From the IMG/VR virus record IMGVR_UViG_3300025138_000014, positions 32,001-96,000 of that record: 64,000 nt of DNA; one strand, written 5' to 3'. The stretch comes from a virus. How positions within the stretch are numbered: the stretch's first letter is position 1; each line of letters begins with the position of its first letter. The position numbers and the translations under genes are program-made. The notes beneath the pieces are model-generated. The model saw only the letters and a program-made list of their open reading frames with translations. It was not told the DNA's origin and made no database searches. Positions 8,825 through 18,080 of the stretch are shown piece by piece.

Positions 8825-11062
8825 ATGGCAACTAACATTATCCATAAGAAAAGTTCGGTTGCAGGAAAACAACCGAACGATAGTAGCGACCTAGTTTATG
8901 GCGAACTAGCTATTAACTATCAGGATGGTTACTTATACTATAAAGATACCTCTAATACAATTAGGAAATTTATGGATTCTGCTAAAACGCAGGGTCTTAT
9001 TGATAATGAATTAAATTCATTTGTAACTCCTACAGCCAGAGCGGCTATCTCTGTAGTATCTAATGGAACTGACGGATCCCTAGCTTATAACAATTCTACT
9101 GGTGTAATTACTTACACTGGAATTATTGACTCAGATGTTCGTTCAAGATTAAGTGCCACCGGAGATATTGCATACAATCAATCGACTGGTGTTTTCTCGG
9201 CCACAACTTACAAAACTGCTAATCATGATTCTGACTTTAATATAAGCCTTGCCACCAAAACAACAGCAAATCTAGCTGAAAACACAAATCTTTATTTTAC
9301 TAATACAAGAGCAGATGCCAGAGTACAAGCAGTACACCCAAATACTGGTAGTTTATCAGAAGGTTCAAATTTATATTATACTGATGCTAGAGCAGATGCC
9401 AGAGTACAAACAAGACTTGGTTCAAATCTAAAACTTGGTGATTCTGCTGGAAACTTTAATTATGTTTACCCTCAAACATTCGAAGGTTTATCGTGGAATC
9501 AAAATGCGCAACATGGGGATTCTAATCATACAGTTTATCATTTTGGTGGAGATTCATCTAGGGATACTATAGTATCTGTTGGTAAAAATGATCAATTTAA
9601 TCACGCAATCGGCGTTAAGGGAACAGCCGCAGCCAATGATTTTATTATCGGCTTTGATGGGCACGCAACTAATTTTAGAATCCAGAAAACAGTAGGATCA
9701 ACATATGATCTATCAGCTGGAACCGATGTTTTCTCAATCGACTCAGAAGGTCGTGCTAATATTCCATCAGCTCAAGCAGCTACTAATAAAACTACAGGTG
9801 CGCTAGTAATTGCAGGTGGTCTCGGTGTAAGCGGAGATATTAAAGCATCAGATATTGAAACTTCTGGGAATGTTCAAGCACAAGGTAGTTTTATTGGTAA
9901 CGTAACCGGCCAAATTTCTACTTTATCAAATCATAATACAGGCGCTTTAGCTGAAGGAACTAATCTTTATTATCTAAAGTCAAGAGCAGACTCAGATATT
10001 GATTCCGCTTTTGATAGTAGAAATACTGGAGGTCTATCTGAAGGATCCAATCTTTATTATACAACAGCACGAGCCGACTCAGATGCTAAAAACGCAATAT
10101 CTGTAGTAGATGGTGGTGGCGATGGAGCACTAAGTTATAATGCAGCAACTGGGGTTATATCTTACACAGGTCCAACCCCTGCGCAAACTAGAGCACATTT
10201 ATCTGGTGGAACAGGTGTAAGTCTTGCTAGCAATGGTGCTATTAGTATCGGACAAGCAGTTGGAGTTACTGACTCAGCTACACTAGGTGGTTTAGGTGTG
10301 AACGGCGATGTTCAAATCTTTGGCGACTTATTTGTTAGCGGATCCCAAGTTCAAACAGCTTCATCTACTTTATCCATTAACAGTTCAATGATTAGACTAG
10401 CTGATTCCAATACAGCAGATACTGTTGATATTGGTATTATCGGTAGATATTCAGAGGACGGCGGAACAACTATTAAAAGAACTGGTTTTATTCGTGATGC
10501 ATCAAACGGTGAATTTTATGTATTTGATGGATTAGTTCAAGACGGTATTGATAGTGGTGCAGAGTTTGACCAAACTGTTAATGTTGGTGGTACAGGTTGG
10601 AATTTACCAATTTGGAACTTTGGTGGACTTAGAGGGCAATACTTAGGATTTGATTCAGACTTTAGAGTATTTCAATCTGACTATAAAGTAAAAACTGCAA
10701 ATTATACAGCAGTAGCTGGAGACAGATTAGCAATCAATACATCAGGGGGAGCATTTACCGTAACTCTTCCAGCTAGCCCTGTAACAGGAAACACAGTTCG
10801 CTTTATAGATATAGGCAACTGGAATAATACAAATTATTTAGACGTTGCTAGAAATGGTAATACTATTGAAGGAGCGGCAGATAATTTTAGACTCGACATC
10901 GGACAGAATACAGTCGATTTTATCTTTATAAATAGTACATGGAACGTGTATGCGGCAATAGGACAAGTTGGACCAACAGGGCCACAAGGTGCAGCAGGCA
11001 TAAACGCAGACAGCGATACACTTAACCAAAATGCAATAGCATATGCAATAGCCTTAGGATAG
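8825..11062 (+). CDS. Tail fibre protein
   Basis: GELAINY.DG.LYYK N-terminus; four LxExxNLY(Y/F)...RAD repeats; long-tail-fibre-like C-domain (YTAVAGD..INTSGGAFTVTLPASP); short GXY stretch; ends AIAYAIALG. Confidence 0.8.
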   Translation: MATNIIHKKSSVAGKQPNDSSDLVYGELAINYQDGYLYYKDTSNTIRKFMDSAKTQGLIDNELNSFVTPTARAAISVVSNGTDGSLAYNNSTGVITYTGIIDSDVRSRLSATGDIAYNQSTGVFSATTYKTANHDSDFNISLATKTTANLAENTNLYFTNTRADARVQAVHPNTGSLSEGSNLYYTDARADARVQTRLGSNLKLGDSAGNFNYVYPQTFEGLSWNQNAQHGDSNHTVYHFGGDSSRDTIVSVGKNDQFNHAIGVKGTAAANDFIIGFDGHATNFRIQKTVGSTYDLSAGTDVFSIDSEGRANIPSAQAATNKTTGALVIAGGLGVSGDIKASDIETSGNVQAQGSFIGNVTGQISTLSNHNTGALAEGTNLYYLKSRADSDIDSAFDSRNTGGLSEGSNLYYTTARADSDAKNAISVVDGGGDGALSYNAATGVISYTGPTPAQTRAHLSGGTGVSLASNGAISIGQAVGVTDSATLGGLGVNGDVQIFGDLFVSGSQVQTASSTLSINSSMIRLADSNTADTVDIGIIGRYSEDGGTTIKRTGFIRDASNGEFYVFDGLVQDGIDSGAEFDQTVNVGGTGWNLPIWNFGGLRGQYLGFDSDFRVFQSDYKVKTANYTAVAGDRLAINTSGGAFTVTLPASPVTGNTVRFIDIGNWNNTNYLDVARNGNTIEGAADNFRLDIGQNTVDFIFINSTWNVYAAIGQVGPTGPQGAAGINADSDTLNQNAIAYAIALG

Positions 11063-11065
11063 AAA

Positions 11066-14014
11066 ATGGGAAAAAAACTAATACGTGATTATGTGTACGC
11101 ACCAGGTAATGCGGGAGCAGGAACAGTTCAGATACCTGGAACTTACAGTATGGACCAGATACTAATCATTACCAACGTAACAGATAATGTTGTAATCTAC
11201 AATTTTGCTTCAACTGAACATGCAGGTACAACTGTTACAGTAACAAATGCAAATACAGCCGCAGATGGGCATTGGGCCCATATAATGGAAATAGCAAATG
11301 GTTTTACTACTATCACTCTTGCTAAAAGTACAGCAGGGCAATCCGCTTCTGATGCTCTTCAAATATTTGTAGAGGACTCAGAAGGTGATATGGTTGTCAG
11401 ACCGTATAACTTTGGTACAGATGCTATTGAACGAATGCGTGTATCTCTTCCAGAGTCAATGATTGACGCAGACTTTGAGTACGGATTGCAGCCTACTAAA
11501 TGGGCTGGTTATGGTACTATTAAAGGTTACCCTTCTGTTTATTCTACCGAAGGCGTTGATCTTGATACTACAGCAGTTACAACTGATTATAATACAGGAT
11601 CATCCACAAACTCATTAATCACAGTTACATTTGGATCAGCTCATGGTTTATCTGTTAATGATGTTGTTAATGTAACTGGCTTAGATTCTGGGGTCCCAGG
11701 TTTCTCAAGAGCAGATGGTTCATTTCTAGTCGAGACAGTTGTTAGCAGTACAGTAATTAAATACTTTGCACGTGGTATTGTTGGCAGCAGTAATAATCAA
11801 TCATTATATACAGAAGAAACTTTAACAAAACTCGGAGGCATTTATGCAGGCGCATCTATCCCAGTTCAAAGTGCATCTTCAAACGGTGCTAACCCTAGTG
11901 TAATTACACTAACTTTTGCTAATCCACACGGACTTATCCCTGGTACAAATATTCATACATCAGTTGCGTCTGGTACTAACAAAGAGGAAGCCTCAGGGCC
12001 TTTCTTTATTAAATCGGTACCAACAGAGACAACATTTACATATACTGCACGAGGGGGTGCAGTAGTCGGCAGTCCAGCAACTGTTACACTCTTTGCTCTT
12101 TCTAATGCTACAATTCTTCACAGACCTGCTGATGGCGGAGTTATTCTACAAACAAAAACACCAACATATGCAGCTTCGGTTGTTCGTGTTAGTAAACGAT
12201 ATTTCAGGTATCAGTCTGGTAAGGGATTCCTATTCTCAACTGGTACATTAATGAAACCTAACTATGATATTAGAAGCATTTCAGCTGCTGGTACAGGCGT
12301 AGGACAATTAATTACTATCGGTACAGATGAGATTGATCACGGTCTACAACCCGGTGCTAAAGTTAGATTAGAAGGAATTGAAACTTCTGGATATGAAAAT
12401 ACTTATACGGTAAATTCTATTATAGATGATTACACATATACAGTTGCTGCTCTTGGAACTTTAGGATCTACAAACCCGGTACTCAAAAGAGTATGTACAA
12501 TGTATGTTACTGAGTGGCGTGGAGCAGCTGTTCGTGCAGGTATGTTTGATGATGTTAACGGAATTTTCTATGAGTTTGACGGAAAACAATTCTATGTTTG
12601 TAAAAGAAATTCAACTCAACAGATTTCTGGTACATTAGGAGTTACTGCTAACGGAAGTGCAGTTACAGGAGCCAATACTAGACTTACTGAACAATGTAAA
12701 GCTGGAGATAGAATTTCAATTCGTGGTATGATTCACTTCATTACTAAAGTTGCTTCAGATACTTCAATGTTTGTTACACCAGATTATCGTGGTATCACAG
12801 CCAGCGGTATCAAGGGAAGTATTGTTATTGACCACAAAGTTCCTCAATCACGCTGGAACATTGATAGAATGGATGGAACAGGTATTCACAATCCATCATT
12901 GCACACCCTTGATCTTAATAAAATGCAAATGGTTGGATTCCAATATTCATGGTATGGTGCTGGTTTCATTGACTTTATGATCCGTGGTCACGATGGCAAT
13001 TGGTGTTACATTCATAGAATGAAAAATAACAACATTAATAATGAAGCATTTATGAGGTCTGGTAACCTTCCAGTGAGATACTCTATTGAGAATGACTCAC
13101 CTGTTTCAAACCTAACTGCTTCGATTAACTCATCAGTCACGACTATTCCAATTGCAGAAATTAATGAGTTTGATGATACTGGTATTATTATGGTAGACAA
13201 CGAGATTATCTCATACACTGGAAGATCTGCTACAACTGGTCCAGCTAACTTTACAGGTTGTACAAGATCAGCTACTCTGACTCAATATCAACAAGGTAGT
13301 ACAAATAATCTTACTGCCGGAGCTGCAGCAAGTCACACAAATAAAACAGGTGTTATTGAGATTTCAAATACTTGTTCTCCAACACTATCACACTGGGGAT
13401 CTGCCCTAGTTATTGATGGAGACTTTGACTTTGATCGTGGTTATATCTTTAATTACTCAAACTCACATAACACTAATTCAGACCAGATTGTTACAACTCC
13501 AATTACATCGTTTGTAATTAGACTTGCGCCTTCGGTATCTAACTCATCAGTGGGTAGACTTGGAGCCAAGGACCTTCTCAATAGATCGCAGTTACTTCTT
13601 AAAGAATGTGCTGTTGTGTGTGGGCGTGGTTCATCATCATCCGGTGAGGTTCATATTCAAGGTATTATTAATCCTAAGAACTTCTCAGATGCTACATGGA
13701 AAGGTCTATCAGGATCTGCAGAAGGTGGTCAACCTAGTTTTGCTGAAGTTGCTAATAAAAATGATATTACATGGAGTAGTGGTTCATATGCGCAACCAGG
13801 AGAAAGAGTTTTCTCATTCGTTGCTGGTACAAGTAGACAAGACTCAGTTGTTACTACTGCTGATATTGATCAGCTTAAAGAATTATCAGGTGCTCCTCTA
13901 GGAGGAGATTATCAGTTCCCAGATGGGCCAGATGTTCTAGCAGTTAATGCATTCTGTTTATCAGGTGATGTTAAAGCGTCTATCCAGCTTCGCTGGTCTG
14001 AAGCACAAGCATAA
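11066..14014 (+). CDS. Large virion structural protein
   Basis: 982 aa, S/T/G-rich; three HGL-containing beta repeats; lies in the late tail block. Confidence 0.7.
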   Translation: MGKKLIRDYVYAPGNAGAGTVQIPGTYSMDQILIITNVTDNVVIYNFASTEHAGTTVTVTNANTAADGHWAHIMEIANGFTTITLAKSTAGQSASDALQIFVEDSEGDMVVRPYNFGTDAIERMRVSLPESMIDADFEYGLQPTKWAGYGTIKGYPSVYSTEGVDLDTTAVTTDYNTGSSTNSLITVTFGSAHGLSVNDVVNVTGLDSGVPGFSRADGSFLVETVVSSTVIKYFARGIVGSSNNQSLYTEETLTKLGGIYAGASIPVQSASSNGANPSVITLTFANPHGLIPGTNIHTSVASGTNKEEASGPFFIKSVPTETTFTYTARGGAVVGSPATVTLFALSNATILHRPADGGVILQTKTPTYAASVVRVSKRYFRYQSGKGFLFSTGTLMKPNYDIRSISAAGTGVGQLITIGTDEIDHGLQPGAKVRLEGIETSGYENTYTVNSIIDDYTYTVAALGTLGSTNPVLKRVCTMYVTEWRGAAVRAGMFDDVNGIFYEFDGKQFYVCKRNSTQQISGTLGVTANGSAVTGANTRLTEQCKAGDRISIRGMIHFITKVASDTSMFVTPDYRGITASGIKGSIVIDHKVPQSRWNIDRMDGTGIHNPSLHTLDLNKMQMVGFQYSWYGAGFIDFMIRGHDGNWCYIHRMKNNNINNEAFMRSGNLPVRYSIENDSPVSNLTASINSSVTTIPIAEINEFDDTGIIMVDNEIISYTGRSATTGPANFTGCTRSATLTQYQQGSTNNLTAGAAASHTNKTGVIEISNTCSPTLSHWGSALVIDGDFDFDRGYIFNYSNSHNTNSDQIVTTPITSFVIRLAPSVSNSSVGRLGAKDLLNRSQLLLKECAVVCGRGSSSSGEVHIQGIINPKNFSDATWKGLSGSAEGGQPSFAEVANKNDITWSSGSYAQPGERVFSFVAGTSRQDSVVTTADIDQLKELSGAPLGGDYQFPDGPDVLAVNAFCLSGDVKASIQLRWSEAQA

Positions 14015-14026
14015 GAAAGAAAAGAA

Positions 14027-16123
14027 ATGGTAACTAAACTCAGTACACATCTAAATACAAGCCTAGGTAATGTTGTACAAGGTGTAGACTCAGAAGATGT
14101 AATTACACTAATCGGCACCACAAAAGTAGCTGTTGACTCAGGTACTATTGGTAACTTTATTGCAACCATTTCACCAACTTCACCAAACCCTGGCATTGTT
14201 ATTACAGGATCTGGTTCAAACAGTGCAGCGGCTTTTCTAAGGTTAGATTCAGCCGTTGCAGTAACGAAAACTGGTACACAAACATTAACAAATAAAACAA
14301 TTAACCTTACTGCTAATACTTTGACTGGAACTGCAGCTCAATTTAATGCAGCTATGAGTAATGGTTCATTTGCTACTATCGGTGGAACAGAAACTTTAAC
14401 AGATAAAACTTTAACAAGTCCAGTAATTAACTCTGCAACAATTAATAATGGTACAGCAAATAATCTAGCAACACTTAGTTTAAGAGATGCTACAACTAAT
14501 ACTAAAAAACTTATAGTAACATCCAATGCCGCAAGCCCAGTTTTATCGGCTGATAGAACACTAACACTTGATGTTAACAATGCAGATAGAACATTATCAC
14601 TAATGGGTAATGTTACATTAGGCGGAGCATTAACTACATCAGGCGCTCACGCAACAACATTTACTACAGGCGGAACAACCGCACTTACTTTGCCAACATC
14701 TGGTACAGTTGTTACAAAAGATTCAGCTGGTGGAACAATCTCAGCTAACTATTTTATTGGTAATGGTGCACAGTTAACAGGTGTTGCTTCAGGCGATATC
14801 GTAGCTGATACTACTCCACAATTAGGAGGAGATTTAGATGCAAACGGAAACAATATTCTATTAGACAATGCTACAAAAATTAGTTTTGGTTCAGACACAC
14901 TTCAAGTAAAAACTGATGGAAGTAGTAATAGTATTATTCAAGGTTCCAGTACAACATACCTCAGAGGCAGTAGTGTTAATATCGGATCAAATGGCGGCAG
15001 TGGAGGATATCCAAATACAATACTTGTAACTGGAAACACAAGTACAAGTCACGTTGAAATGCTTTATGGCACAAGTAAAAAGTTTGAAACAACCAGTACA
15101 GGTGTTACAGTAACAGGTAATATAACTGTATCTGGTACAGTTGATGGTGTAGATGTTCTAACAATTGGTAATAAAGTAAATGGTATTGAAGCATCAGCTG
15201 ATGTTACAGATGCTACTAATGTTGGAACATCTCTTACAGCATTTAGCACATCAACAGATGATGCGCCAGGAGATTTAATTCCAGTCTATGATGTTTCAGC
15301 TAGTGCTTGGAAAAAGATGACTATTGCTAATGCGGCTCTTGGTGGAGCCCAAGGTAACAAAGGTCAAAAAGGTGAAGTAGGTGGAGACGGTGGAGCGGGT
15401 AGTAAAGGACAAAAAGGTGAAGTCGGCGGAGACGGTGGAGCGGGTAGTAAAGGCCAAAAAGGCGAAGTAGGTGGCACAGGTGGAGCAGGTGGAGCGGGTA
15501 GTAAAGGACAAAAAGGTGAAGTAGGAACATTTGGTGGCGGAAACATCACAATAACCAACCAAGCAATTTTATCTAATGCGTCATCTAACTGGACAGGTGA
15601 TCCAGGCACCCAAGGTAAAATTCAGTACCACTCAAATAGATGGTATATTGTTTCAGACCAATCTTCAGACAGAATTGTTCAGTTTAGAAGAAATGGAACA
15701 GATGTGTCATATGTAGATAACTCAGGTGTGTATCAGGGTACAGCAACGTCAGCAAATTGGTCTGACTTAGCGGAGAAATATAAAGCAGATGCAGTTTATG
15801 AAGCAGGTGATTTAGTAGGTATCGGCGGAGCTGAAGAGATTACTAAATACACTAAAGATATGCCATTTGCTGGAGTTATATCGGAAAAACCTGGCGTGAG
15901 AATGAATTGCAATGAAGAAAATATGGATGATCCACTATGGCCATATGTTTGTTTAAAAGGTCGTGTTCCAGTTAAGATTAATGGAACAGCAATTAAAGGC
16001 GATTATATTATTACAGACGATAATGGAAAAGCAAAGTCTAGCAAAGTTAAGCCAGATGATTTAAGTCTGCTTATCGGCATTGCTCTTGAAGATGGGACAG
16101 ACGAGGTAGAGGTTAAAATTTAA
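14027..16123 (+). CDS. Tail fibre with collagen-like segment and C-terminal intramolecular chaperone/autoproteolytic domain
   Basis: TLTNKT repeats, DTTPQLGGDLD, 22 GXY triplets, SANWSDLAEKY...GRVPVK...GD..I...G.A...IGIALE. Confidence 0.8.
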   Translation: MVTKLSTHLNTSLGNVVQGVDSEDVITLIGTTKVAVDSGTIGNFIATISPTSPNPGIVITGSGSNSAAAFLRLDSAVAVTKTGTQTLTNKTINLTANTLTGTAAQFNAAMSNGSFATIGGTETLTDKTLTSPVINSATINNGTANNLATLSLRDATTNTKKLIVTSNAASPVLSADRTLTLDVNNADRTLSLMGNVTLGGALTTSGAHATTFTTGGTTALTLPTSGTVVTKDSAGGTISANYFIGNGAQLTGVASGDIVADTTPQLGGDLDANGNNILLDNATKISFGSDTLQVKTDGSSNSIIQGSSTTYLRGSSVNIGSNGGSGGYPNTILVTGNTSTSHVEMLYGTSKKFETTSTGVTVTGNITVSGTVDGVDVLTIGNKVNGIEASADVTDATNVGTSLTAFSTSTDDAPGDLIPVYDVSASAWKKMTIANAALGGAQGNKGQKGEVGGDGGAGSKGQKGEVGGDGGAGSKGQKGEVGGTGGAGGAGSKGQKGEVGTFGGGNITITNQAILSNASSNWTGDPGTQGKIQYHSNRWYIVSDQSSDRIVQFRRNGTDVSYVDNSGVYQGTATSANWSDLAEKYKADAVYEAGDLVGIGGAEEITKYTKDMPFAGVISEKPGVRMNCNEENMDDPLWPYVCLKGRVPVKINGTAIKGDYIITDDNGKAKSSKVKPDDLSLLIGIALEDGTDEVEVKI
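15344..15541 (+). repeat. Collagen-like Gly-X-Y repeat (about 45-bp unit, GSKGQKGEVGGDGGA)
   Basis: 22 consecutive GXY triplets, 8 with Lys at Y, no Pro. Confidence 0.95.
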
Positions 16124-16510
16124 ATGCCCGATTATAATACACTAGATGCTTCACTACAAGCAAAAGCGGGTGGGGCACTGAGAACTTTTGATAAAACTAT
16201 GACTTTTACTGTAACTGCATATGTATTACAATCAGTTACTACTACTCAAGCAGGCCCTACAAGCACACTTGGCGTTACTCAAAGATTTGAATTTACAGGT
16301 GCTGCCGATTCACTTTACGACGATTATCTTGACTCTGGTATTTACACTGGGGCACGTATATATTCTCAAGATGTTATTGACTCAATTTCTAATACAATAC
16401 AAAGAACTGTAGATCAGATAGAAAGTCGAATCACTGATAGATCAATCTCAGCTTTAATTTGCCACAATAGTTGTCATACTAGCTGCCATACTTCAAGAGG
16501 GCGCAGATAA
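16124..16510 (+). CDS. Candidate radical SAM substrate/precursor A with C-terminal (CHxS)3-RGRR motif
   Basis: Ends CHNSCHTSCHTSRGRR; paralog of the next ORF; coupled to the tail fibre gene and the radical SAM operon. Confidence 0.7.
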   Translation: MPDYNTLDASLQAKAGGALRTFDKTMTFTVTAYVLQSVTTTQAGPTSTLGVTQRFEFTGAADSLYDDYLDSGIYTGARIYSQDVIDSISNTIQRTVDQIESRITDRSISALICHNSCHTSCHTSRGRR

Positions 16511-16896
16511 TGGGAAATATGACGAGAGACAGTGTCGACTCTTATATCCAAACTTATTCTGGAGCGAAGTTAAGAACATTTGACAAAACTATTACTATAA
16601 CAACTACAGCATATCAGAATAACAATCCCACTGCTATGGGTGGAACAGGTACTAATACTACGACACATAGGTTTGAATATACAGGTGCTGCCGATTCACT
16701 ATTCGATAACTATATTGATGGAGGTATCGCAGTGGGCCAAAGAGTTTATGCGCAAGATATTGTAGACACTTTAGAGGATGCAGTACAAAGAACAGTTGAT
16801 TTGATTGAAAGTCGAATTGATAACAGATCTATCAGCGCAGCGTTATGTCACAGTAGTTGTCATACAAGCTGTCACACATCGAGAGGAAGACGCTAA
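16510..16896 (+). CDS. Candidate radical SAM substrate/precursor B with C-terminal (CHxS)3-RGRR motif
   Basis: Ends CHSSCHTSCHTSRGRR; same length (128 aa) as A; TAATG overlaps at both ends. Confidence 0.7.
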   Translation: MGNMTRDSVDSYIQTYSGAKLRTFDKTITITTTAYQNNNPTAMGGTGTNTTTHRFEYTGAADSLFDNYIDGGIAVGQRVYAQDIVDTLEDAVQRTVDLIESRIDNRSISAALCHSSCHTSCHTSRGRR

Positions 16897-18080
16897 TGGC
16901 GATGCAAGAATCATATTGTAAGCAAATGAGATATTCTGGACCAGAAAGTCTAGCACCATCAGATGCTACAAAGTTTGATGTTTTAATTCAAATGGAAGTA
17001 TTAGCTGGATGTGAGCAAGGATGTTTAGGTTGTTTTGTAGATAAGGCTATTGATCCAAAAAGTAATCAGCAAATTATTGATCGTGCTAAAGAACTGGCAG
17101 ATGGTGTAAAAAGAACTGGTCTTAATTTAAGAGAATTTGTTATAGGACCAACGGATCTGTTTTCTGCTAAAAACACTAAAGAAGTATTGGAGAATAAAGT
17201 TGTCCAAGAAATTATGCGAGAACATACAGGCGCTAGAATTGCATCCCCTGCAAAATTTGATAAAGCGCCTATGGAAAAAGTTAGAGAAATATTTGATATC
17301 CTAGATGATGAGAATAAATTCCGTCGTGATATGATTATTGAGTTTATTATGCCTATTGGCCGTATTAACGAGATGTTAGATGACGAGGACTATTATAAGT
17401 CTGTTATGGAAAAAGTTGACTTTTTTAAGAACGATACTCCTAAGATGATGGATTGGTCTTGGACTTTACAGGCTTCAAATGTAGTCGGTAAACAAATAGA
17501 CAAAGAAAAATACAACAGACTTATTAAAAGATCAGTTGAAGATTTTGGTACTATCATGGAAATGAACCCAGCGTTCTCCCGTGCACCAAATCAGATAATT
17601 CAAAGAAAAAATCTATTCGGTTGGAATAAATTCCTTAGTTCTGTTATTGATGAAGATAATGCTAAAGAGACAGTAATGTCCATGGCTAATTTATATTGTA
17701 ATTCAATAAACTTTATTGGTATTACTATTGTACCCGGAGAAAATGGACCGACTACACATCTTAATGTTATGCTTCACGAGCAAGCATTTTTCTTATCAAA
17801 TAAAAATCTTGATGTTACTGGACTTACATTTGAAGAAATTCTACAACGTAAACACGAGTTGGTTACAAAAGGTATAAATAAATCAAGTAAGGTAAAAGAT
17901 TGTCAAGACTGCCAGTTCGCTATGGCTTGTGCAAATAGATTAGTATTTGAGGCTCAAGAGTCAATGAATATTAATGGTTGTGTTTTACCAAAAGAAACAT
18001 TAGAGCATTATAATCCATTCGACTTTACATGGAATGACGATGCAGAAAAATATAATATGAAAAACGGAGCAAGAGCATGA
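16896..18080 (+). CDS. Divergent radical SAM protein (GPTD family, copy 1)
   Basis: Start at TAATG overlap; LAGCEQGCLGCFV, IGPTDLF, CQDCQFAMAC...C. Confidence 0.85.
   Translation: MAMQESYCKQMRYSGPESLAPSDATKFDVLIQMEVLAGCEQGCLGCFVDKAIDPKSNQQIIDRAKELADGVKRTGLNLREFVIGPTDLFSAKNTKEVLENKVVQEIMREHTGARIASPAKFDKAPMEKVREIFDILDDENKFRRDMIIEFIMPIGRINEMLDDEDYYKSVMEKVDFFKNDTPKMMDWSWTLQASNVVGKQIDKEKYNRLIKRSVEDFGTIMEMNPAFSRAPNQIIQRKNLFGWNKFLSSVIDEDNAKETVMSMANLYCNSINFIGITIVPGENGPTTHLNVMLHEQAFFLSNKNLDVTGLTFEEILQRKHELVTKGINKSSKVKDCQDCQFAMACANRLVFEAQESMNINGCVLPKETLEHYNPFDFTWNDDAEKYNMKNGARA

Noticed and set aside
15344-15541. 45-bp repeats as a CRISPR array
   Set aside because: They are in-frame coding repeats with synonymous variation, no unique spacers and no cas genes.
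6736-16123. Diversity-generating retroelement acting on the tail fibres
   Set aside because: No reverse transcriptase and no template/variable repeat pair were seen.
16460-16896. CHTSCH read as a c-type heme-binding motif (CX3CH)
   Set aside because: It is not the canonical CxxCH, the motifs overlap, and there is no signal peptide for periplasmic heme attachment.
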